A stretch of 64,000 bases of DNA from a virus (taxonomy: Duplodnaviria; Caudoviricetes): positions 1-64,000 of the IMG/VR virus record IMGVR_UViG_3300028591_000012; one strand, 5' to 3'. The notes under the pieces were generated by a model that saw only the letters and a program-made list of their open reading frames with translations, was not told the origin of the DNA and did no database searches. Within the stretch, counting starts at the first letter, position 1, and each line of letters opens with the position of its first letter. Below, piece after piece: positions 57,551 through 64,000 of this stretch. The translations under genes were made by a program, and so were the position numbers.

Positions 57551-57680
57551 GCTCACATTTTTTCTCCACTATCCTCTTCTTAAAGAACAATGATAATTTG
57601 CTGAGTTTTATCATTGCTTTTTAGTAATGGTTTTTAAGCCCATCTGTAACTCAGCAACAGGTGGGTTTTCTTTTTCAGGA
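57547..57680 (+). promoter_or_regulatory. Promoter TTAAGC-N17-TATCCT plus two-hairpin kissing-loop leader
   Basis: Loop TTGCTGAGTT (57598-57607) is complementary to terminator loop AACTCAGCAA (57648-57657). Confidence 0.6.
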
Positions 57681-57686
57681 GCTTAG

Positions 57687-58445
57687 ATGAGTTTTAATCT
57701 TGTTCACGAAGACTGCTATGAGTTTATACCTACACTTGAAGATAAATCTGTAAATCTTATCGTAACTGATCCGCCGTATAAACTAGGTAACACTAAGGGG
57801 GGGGGCTTGTATAAACTTATTGATGGTGGCTCTCAGGAAGATAACCCTTATAACCGCAAAGCTACTAATGCGATAACACAATTAAAGTCTCTTGATTCTG
57901 TAGATTTTGACGCTACAAAATTTCTCAATTTGATTAAACCAAAGATGAAACAGTTCTACGGTTATTTCTTCTGTAATAAGTTACTGATACCTGAATACTT
58001 AAACTTTGCTGTAGAAAATAAATATTCCTTCGATATATTAGCACTTCTAAAAGCAAACCCGATTCCTGCGAGAAATAATCATTTCTTACCAGATATGGAA
58101 TACTGCATTATGATTCGTGAAGGCGGTACTTATTGGTCAAAAGACGCAAAATTTGATGATTACAGAAAATATTATACAGTTCCTTGCTGTGGTAAGCGAT
58201 TACATCCTGCAGAAAAACCTGTCGAGTTTCTTGAACGTTTTGTACGTGTAAGCTGTCCTGAAGACGGTCTTGTATTTGACCCTTTCAGTGGAAGTGGTAG
58301 TACAGGAATTGCCTGTCTGAGAAATGGCAGGAACTTTCTTGGTTGTGAAAAGGACCAAAAGTTCTTTGAGCTTGCAAATAAAAGATTAAAAGATTTTGAA
58401 GATGATTTGAACGGTGTTGGCGGACTGTTCGAGGGGATTGAATGA
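57687..58445 (+). CDS. DNA N4/N6-methyltransferase (beta class) with internal G9 tract
   Basis: DPPY, HPAEKP and DPFSGSGST. Confidence 0.9.
   Translation: MSFNLVHEDCYEFIPTLEDKSVNLIVTDPPYKLGNTKGGGLYKLIDGGSQEDNPYNRKATNAITQLKSLDSVDFDATKFLNLIKPKMKQFYGYFFCNKLLIPEYLNFAVENKYSFDILALLKANPIPARNNHFLPDMEYCIMIREGGTYWSKDAKFDDYRKYYTVPCCGKRLHPAEKPVEFLERFVRVSCPEDGLVFDPFSGSGSTGIACLRNGRNFLGCEKDQKFFELANKRLKDFEDDLNGVGGLFEGIE
57797..57805 (+). repeat. G9 homopolymer, candidate slippage tract
   Basis: AAG GGG GGG GGC; longest G/C run I saw in this AT-rich window. Confidence 0.6.
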
Positions 58446-59356
58446 CAGAACACGAGTTTACGTTAGCAGACAGAATTGCAAAGATTAAGAGCATAAATGA
58501 GCAGTATGATTTAGAGCATAATGGTTATATCTCATTTAGCGGTGGTAAGGATTCTACTGTACTACACTACCTCATTGATGAAGCTTTGCCGGAAAATAAA
58601 ATCCCTAGAGTATTTATAAACACAGGAATTGAATACAAACTTATCTTACAGTTTGTAAAGGAAATGGCTTCTAAAGATGACAGATTTGTAATATGGACTG
58701 TAGGAAAAGATATTAAAAATACGCTTTTGCGCGTAGGTATGCCTTTTAAGTCAAAAGAACATTCTCATAAACTTTACGCATATAAAAAAGGCTGGATTGG
58801 AGAATCTGTAAAAAAGTATTTTAAGCTTATTCCTAATGGATATATCACTTGTCCAAACAGTCTTATGTATCAGGTTGAAGACGATTTTACAATGAACATA
58901 TCTGACCAATGTTGTTATGAATTTAAAAAGAAACCAGCTTTAGATTATATGAAGCAAAGTGGACGTTTAATTACTCTTACAGGAATGATGAAAGCAGAAG
59001 GTGGTCAGCGTACTTCTTTGAATTGTATCGTTACAGATAAATCAGGAAAGCTTAAAAAGTTTCACCCTATGGCTGTTGTTTCTGATGAGTGGGAAAAATG
59101 GTACATAGAACACAAGAGTATCCAATTGGCTTTGCAAATTAACGCTGTATGGACAGCCAATGCAGCCTGACCTTTTGAAATTGTATGGTGGGTAATAAAG
59201 CTTAGCCAATTGGATACTCTTGAGCAGGTTGCACCTACAGAGAGAAAAAGAGCCGAATGGTTATGGAAGCCAGTTTATGATGAATATAGACGTATTGGTT
59301 ATAGATTAAGAAAAGAAAATAAAGAAGAACAAAGTTTGTTCAAGGATTTAGAATGA
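58442..59356 (+). pseudogene. PAPS/APS-reductase-like (PP-loop, Fe-S) gene interrupted by an inverted 72 bp segment; 304 aa when re-inverted
   Basis: SFSGGKDS, NTGIEY and CCYEFKK.P; stops at 59170 as written; flipping 59132-59203 gives LYYPPYNFKRSGCIGCPY and reads to TGA 59354-59356. Confidence 0.85.
59113..59222. repeat. Perfect 19 bp inverted repeats flanking a 72 bp segment
   Basis: CAAGAGTATCCAATTGGCT (59113-59131) and AGCCAATTGGATACTCTTG (59204-59222). Confidence 0.95.
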
Positions 59357-59721
59357 AAATAAATAGAAATATATTACCTGACAGTGTAATGGTACTTGGA
59401 ACTAAGTATAAGATATTCTACGAGACAGAAGCTCAGCAGCCTAAGATGAAAGGCAATGACGGTTACTGCGAAGCTGTTGCTAAAGAAATACACATTGCAA
59501 GAGATTTGTTTGTTCCAAAAGATGACCCGATGTTACTGAAGGACCTTGCTGAATACGGAAGAACTGTAATAAGGCACGAAATTGTTCACGCTTTCTTCAT
59601 TGAATCAGGACTTGCTCAGAACAGTTCTTATGCAGAAAATGAAGAACTTGTAGACTGGATTGCAAGACAATTTCCTAAGATGGCAGAGTGTTTTGCAAAG
59701 GCAGGTGTAACAGGAAAATGA
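59353..59721 (+). CDS. HExxH metallopeptidase-like phage protein
   Basis: DGYC..RHEIVHAF..ESGL..EELVDWIA.QFPK. Confidence 0.7.
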   Translation: MKINRNILPDSVMVLGTKYKIFYETEAQQPKMKGNDGYCEAVAKEIHIARDLFVPKDDPMLLKDLAEYGRTVIRHEIVHAFFIESGLAQNSSYAENEELVDWIARQFPKMAECFAKAGVTGK

Positions 59722-60380
59722 CACGCCAGCAGATAGCAGAGTCTTTAGACCTTCACATTAACTATGTAAACTCAGCTTTTGAAGCCGCGATTAAAGAGCA
59801 TCCTGAACTTGACCTCTATGACCCTTCCATAAACAACAGAAAAGGTATGGGGGCAGATTATACTCTTGAACAGGTTATGCTTGCTATGAGTTATCTTAGA
59901 GACGGTAAAGGATTATCTGAACTTGAAAAAATTATGCTTGAAGAAGACTTTACTATGAGGGAGCCTGAAAAGGTAAAGGCAATAGGTATAGAAGGAACTG
60001 AGGAATTTTTGAAGAAGGTAGCTAACTACCCTAAGAAGAAATGCTGTTCAACCTGTGCTTTCTGTACTAAGGCTGCAATGCGAAACAGAAAGCCGGTTAT
60101 GAAGCCTTACTGCAACTTCTGGAAGCGTTTTCTTCATAGAATGAAAACAGATAAAGGAACAATGCCCTCACCTTACAATGAATGGTGTAATCAGTGGGAA
60201 TATTCAGGTAAGGAACCGCTTATATTCTATACAGCAGATTCACCTGCCAACTTGGATATTTACGGTAATGTTAGAAATGAAGTTATGGGATTTGATGTTT
60301 CAGTTTTCGGTAAAGATTCTAAGGAAGTGAAGCTTGTTACTGATGTAGGTATGGACGTGTTGCCGGATTTTGAAGATTAG
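59718..60380 (+). CDS. Hypothetical protein with N-terminal HTH and Cys cluster
   Basis: MTRQQIAESL; CCSTCAFC..C..C. Confidence 0.55.
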   Translation: MTRQQIAESLDLHINYVNSAFEAAIKEHPELDLYDPSINNRKGMGADYTLEQVMLAMSYLRDGKGLSELEKIMLEEDFTMREPEKVKAIGIEGTEEFLKKVANYPKKKCCSTCAFCTKAAMRNRKPVMKPYCNFWKRFLHRMKTDKGTMPSPYNEWCNQWEYSGKEPLIFYTADSPANLDIYGNVRNEVMGFDVSVFGKDSKEVKLVTDVGMDVLPDFED

Positions 60381-60703
60381 TCTTTTTTATTCCACCGATA
60401 TTTACAGTCACAGACAGCATTTTCAGTAAATTCTTTAACTTGATTTAGAGCGTAGAACCTTTTGACTTTTCTTGCTCTATTTTGTTTTAAATAAGATGAA
60501 ATTAAAGTCGGGAACTTTGTAAGTTTTGATTTACAAGCATTAGAAAATCCTGTTCCGCCATAACAGGTCCATTTACCGTTATTATTCCAATCACGGTAAA
60601 AGTAGTCTACAGAGATGTAATTATTCTTTCTATAAAAAAGCATAGCCTGTTCGTTAGAAAGTCTTTTCTTTTTTGTCTCATAAATTATAACAGATGGATT
60701 CAT
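60377..60703 (-). CDS. Hypothetical protein
   Basis: ORF. Confidence 0.5.
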   Translation of the reverse strand: MNPSVIIYETKKKRLSNEQAMLFYRKNNYISVDYFYRDWNNNGKWTCYGGTGFSNACKSKLTKFPTLISSYLKQNRARKVKRFYALNQVKEFTENAVCDCKYRWNKKD

Positions 60704-60936
60704 AATTTTATCTCCTTTAATTCATCAATACAAACCATTTTAAAACCTACCCTCTTGCCGAAGTCTGGGGAAGTTTCTGCAATTTCTTTGCGTTTTTTCC
60801 ATTTGTTTGTACAACTAAGACAAAGACACTGGTGCCAGTCTGAAGCTTGATACAGAAGATTTTCTTTTACATACTCCTCGTCAAAAGGAATAATCCGGCC
60901 ACAGGAATTACATCGTAGTTTATTTTTCTTTATCAT
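60700..60936 (-). CDS. Small zinc-finger protein
   Basis: CNSCG..CLSC. Confidence 0.55.
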   Translation of the reverse strand: MIKKNKLRCNSCGRIIPFDEEYVKENLLYQASDWHQCLCLSCTNKWKKRKEIAETSPDFGKRVGFKMVCIDELKEIKL

Positions 60937-61118
60937 TATAAAATCCTTACAAAAACTGGTCTGCCTGTTTTTTGTTGATGTTCATATAATTTAAGTTTTC
61001 TGTAAGATTCTTGTATATATTCTTCGTTTATTATACAGTCAACTTCCTTTTTAAGACGTTCTTTTGTATCTTCAGAGGTTTTAATAGAATTTATGATTTT
61101 TATAATTTCTTCTTTCAT
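60936..61118 (-). CDS. Hypothetical protein
   Basis: ORF. Confidence 0.45.
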   Translation of the reverse strand: MKEEIIKIINSIKTSEDTKERLKKEVDCIINEEYIQESYRKLKLYEHQQKTGRPVFVRIL

Positions 61119-61193
61119 TCTTTATCTCTTACTACAATTTTAATGTCTTGCTGAGTAACCACCGAAACAAACTCCTATATTCATATCTACCTC

Positions 61194-61733
61194 TTAAATT
61201 ATGTTTATTTGACAGGAAGCCATTACGTCTAAAGCGTGTTCGTGTTTTTCTTTTGTAAGTCCGGCACAACCGTCTTTGAATACATAGATTTCAGAATTAG
61301 GACAGGCAGCTTTAATAATAAGGGCATTAGATATTACACAGATGTCTGTGCAAGTGCCACAGAGATAAATTTCTTCTTCTTCATCAAGAATAATGTCTTC
61401 CCAACCTACAATATTGGCATTTCTTTCAAAGTAACCATCAAATAAACCAAACTGATTTTTATAAAAAACATACTCTTCTTTTGTGGGTTTAAGTTCATCA
61501 ACAATTTCCCAGCCTTCTGTATCTTTAATACAGTGAGGTACAGGAAGATGTTTGCCTTCTAAGGTGTTGAGATAGTTCTCAAAATGAGTATCTTTTGTGT
61601 AGATTACCCTGCCTTCTTTTCTAAACTCAGCTATCTTTTCCTTAATAAAAGGAATAATCTTCTGAGCTTCAGGATTTGCCAAAGCACCTGTTACAAAGTC
61701 GTTCTGCATATCAATTACTACAAGTGTTTTCAT
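61194..61733 (-). CDS. Nicotinamidase / isochorismatase family cysteine hydrolase
   Basis: VIDMQNDFV.GAL, DTH, PHC..T.GW and GTCTDICV. Confidence 0.85.
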   Translation of the reverse strand: MKTLVVIDMQNDFVTGALANPEAQKIIPFIKEKIAEFRKEGRVIYTKDTHFENYLNTLEGKHLPVPHCIKDTEGWEIVDELKPTKEEYVFYKNQFGLFDGYFERNANIVGWEDIILDEEEEIYLCGTCTDICVISNALIIKAACPNSEIYVFKDGCAGLTKEKHEHALDVMASCQINII

Positions 61734-61743
61734 TCAATTCTCC

Positions 61744-62238
61744 TTAATATAATTCTAAACTTGAGCTTGCCTTAGTTTTCATTCCAGTGCCTGTTATTTT
61801 AGTAATAACTTTTACGCCACACACCACGTCTTCGTTATATCTGATTTCCCACTTGTATCCACCGATAACACCTTGATATTCAGCTATGGTAAAGCCGGCC
61901 CAGCATCCAAACGGAATATGATTTTTCTTACAGTATTCCTTACATTTCTTTATCATATATGAGTCGACTTTCTTCTGAAGCTTCTCCATAAATGTTTTAA
62001 GTTTATGTTCAGTAAAATCTTCAAACTTTAATCCCTCTAAAATCTTATCAAACTCAGACTTTTTCCATTCTACAGAAATATTGCCGCAGCGAGGTTCAGA
62101 AGGACAGTAAGTAGGCATTTCTTTTTCAGGAACATTTAATTCAACATCTAATTTGTCAGAGATTACTTTCGATAGAGGATTTCCGTTTACCATCAAATCG
62201 TATCTGCTGATTGGATGTATATCACTTAGACCTTTCAT
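61744..62238 (-). CDS. Hypothetical protein
   Basis: ORF with RBS. Confidence 0.55.
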   Translation of the reverse strand: MKGLSDIHPISRYDLMVNGNPLSKVISDKLDVELNVPEKEMPTYCPSEPRCGNISVEWKKSEFDKILEGLKFEDFTEHKLKTFMEKLQKKVDSYMIKKCKEYCKKNHIPFGCWAGFTIAEYQGVIGGYKWEIRYNEDVVCGVKVITKITGTGMKTKASSSLELY

Positions 62239-62595
62239 TTACTCTCCTTTTGGTAGGATTTTTTCTTTTTCTATCCAAGCAACATGCTGATTAGTGTCAT
62301 TATCAAAGTAATACCATTGACTAAAAACAGGATGCTTAAAACCTTCGTTTTCAAAATATATGGCTTCAAATAAATCATTGTCCTCTGTAAGAAGTAATAC
62401 ACGTGCATTGTTTTCAGGCATTTCACCCTTTGACGGATAGTGCCATTCATCTTTATGTTTATGACATAAACCGCTGCATCCGTGTTTAATTTTTGCCTTT
62501 ATCTCAGGGTACTGAACAGAGAATACATTATCAATCCAATCCTGGATTTCAAAATCAGCAAGCGTTTCATCGAGTTCTAATTCAACTATATTCAT
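62239..62595 (-). CDS. DUF551-like hypothetical protein
   Basis: EWH..EMP....VL....VAW. Confidence 0.5.
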   Translation of the reverse strand: MNIVELELDETLADFEIQDWIDNVFSVQYPEIKAKIKHGCSGLCHKHKDEWHYPSKGEMPENNARVLLLTEDNDLFEAIYFENEGFKHPVFSQWYYFDNDTNQHVAWIEKEKILPKGE

Positions 62596-62819
62596 TCAAT
62601 TCCTCCATAATTCACTCTCTCTAATTTACGAGAATCGATTAATTTTCCGTTTCTGTATGTATCTAATCTCTATACATACATTTGTTTGAATAACATTTTC
62701 ATACGACAGATTGTCATAATTTCACCTTCAGAATCATAACCAACATAAGTTCTTACAAAATGAAGTAAAATCCATTTCCATAAAGGAATGATAAATGAAA
62801 CAAGTCTTTTATTCTGCAT
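62592..62819 (-). pseudogene. Hypothetical gene with in-frame TAG
   Basis: Frame stays open past TAG (62670-62672) to a TGA overlapping the next ATG. Confidence 0.5.
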
Positions 62820-63177
62820 CCAGTTCTTCCTTCGTTTTAAGAGATAAATAAGGGCAGTGAATACTAAATCTAACGTTACTGTTTGCCAGTTCATTTATTA
62901 ATTTCTGATAACCGTCTTTATTAAGACATACATCTTTATGTTTACATTCGTCACATCTGTCATCAATTGCTCTATATTTAGGAGCGTTGTTATTATACTT
63001 TGGTTGTTCTTGGTTTTTACACAAAAGAGAAACGTCTGTAACCATATCAACAAATTCTGGTATTTCCTGTTTAATATTAATCTCTAATTTATTTTCTACA
63101 GTCTGCTCATATTTTTCTCTATTTTTACAAACCCAATAATGTATACATTGTTCTTTACAATCACTTATTACACCCAT
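62809..63177 (-). CDS. Cys-rich hypothetical protein
   Basis: Two C..C.H..VC repeats. Confidence 0.55.
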   Translation of the reverse strand: MGVISDCKEQCIHYWVCKNREKYEQTVENKLEINIKQEIPEFVDMVTDVSLLCKNQEQPKYNNNAPKYRAIDDRCDECKHKDVCLNKDGYQKLINELANSNVRFSIHCPYLSLKTKEELDAE

Positions 63178-63635
63178 TATGCAATCTCCTTGTACCTTTT
63201 ATTAAAACAATATTTCTGCTGATTAAAAAACTTATGGCATAAAATATAATTTACAAGTATTATTATTTCGCCTTGCAAATCTCTATCAGGCTTATCCTCC
63301 CATACATTACCACAAGGGTATTTGATTATCTTAAACTTTTTATTAATGTAATAAATCAATCCCCAATTATCTGGCACTTCTTCCTTCTTAATAAAATCAC
63401 CGTAACACACATAGAAGTATCTGCATCCAGCTTTCTTGTGGTCGGCTTGTCTGCACTTCTTTTTGAAATCAGCAAGGAAATCTGAACGACTCATTTTAAT
63501 TTCGTATATAGTACTTCTACCAGAACTATTCCAAGTAATAACATCTGGATTTTCCCACTTTCCTTTTACTTCCCATAAAGCAAAGGTCTGCACAAATTTT
63601 CTGGCAGTTGCTTCGCATAATTCTTCGTGGGTCAT
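63177..63635 (-). CDS. PD-(D/E)XK nuclease-fold protein (MmcB-like)
   Basis: ENPDV..YEIKMSRSDFLAD...G..YFY..WGL. Confidence 0.7.
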   Translation of the reverse strand: MTHEELCEATARKFVQTFALWEVKGKWENPDVITWNSSGRSTIYEIKMSRSDFLADFKKKCRQADHKKAGCRYFYVCYGDFIKKEEVPDNWGLIYYINKKFKIIKYPCGNVWEDKPDRDLQGEIIILVNYILCHKFFNQQKYCFNKRYKEIA

Positions 63636-63941
63636 TTATTCAATCTCCTTTGGAAGTACAATTTCTTTCCAAGCGATAGAATCACTTATTGCATTACTGT
63701 AAGCCATATTATCTAATGCAATAAATCGCTTACCATTCCAATAACAAACTGTAGGAATGTGAAAACTATACTTTTTATAAAAATCGTGAAGGTTAGAATC
63801 CCAAGTATAAACTCTAACCAAATATAAAGAATCTGTATCTTTCGGTAAGTCATTCGGATTCTTTCTCAAATCGTGCCATTCATTAGCCTTGTTATATCCG
63901 TCATTAAATCCGTCTTTATAGATTTCCAATTCTGGTTTCAT
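63636..63941 (-). CDS. DUF551-like hypothetical protein
   Basis: EWHDLRKNPNDLP..IAWKEI. Confidence 0.5.
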   Translation of the reverse strand: MKPELEIYKDGFNDGYNKANEWHDLRKNPNDLPKDTDSLYLVRVYTWDSNLHDFYKKYSFHIPTVCYWNGKRFIALDNMAYSNAISDSIAWKEIVLPKEIE

Positions 63942-64000
63942 CTCATATCCTAAAGGCTTTTTCTTAAATAGTTCTTCTGCAAATTTTTCTTCTTCTGACA

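Noticed and set aside
58442-59356. Complete Dnd phosphorothioation or sulfate-assimilation pathway
   Set aside because: No dndA/B/D/E or other cys genes in the window
233-63702. Many short antisense or alternate-frame ORFs in the track (e.g. 233-505, 15804-16274, 27470-27931, 43172-43594)
   Set aside because: Shadows of longer recognisable genes, with no RBS or motifs
1-64000. Genome-wide stop-codon reassignment
   Set aside because: Large genes are intact in the standard code, TAG and TGA end many genes normally, and no suppressor tRNA was seen

Overview
A 64 kb segment of a temperate siphovirus genome. The host is probably a spirochete such as Treponema. This is inferred from a DUF261-like protein in the lysis cassette, a spanin pair (diderm host), and the style of the integrase and SSB. 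Layout: terL 3' end, portal, large fibre-like proteins, reverse-strand MuF, scaffold, capsid, neck and tail (1-31.4 kb); an uncharacterised 8-gene module (31.5-34.9 kb); a leftward early region with an Mre11-Rad50 fusion, replication initiator, nucleotide-metabolism genes, M23 peptidase and a methyltransferase (35-47.4 kb); integrase, attP (3' part of tRNA-Gly) and the repressor switch (47.6-49.9 kb); SSB, HNH and tRNA-Glu; a lysis cassette; and a methyltransferase plus PAPS-reductase-like operon. The most striking finding is this last operon (57.5-59.4 kb), which appears to carry several switches. A 72 bp segment inside the PAPS-reductase-like gene, flanked by perfect 19 bp inverted repeats, is flipped so the gene is truncated. 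Re-flipping it restores the conserved YPPYNFKRSGCIGCP motif and a full 304 aa ORF. The upstream methyltransferase has a G9 tract, and the leader has a kissing-loop terminator. Other findings: a 13-copy promoter motif (TTAAGC-N17-TANNNT, five copies apparently leaderless), a candidate sRNA antisense to the integrase leader, two C4-like attenuator leaders, and strong CATG/GATC avoidance. All family assignments are by motif recognition, not database searches.
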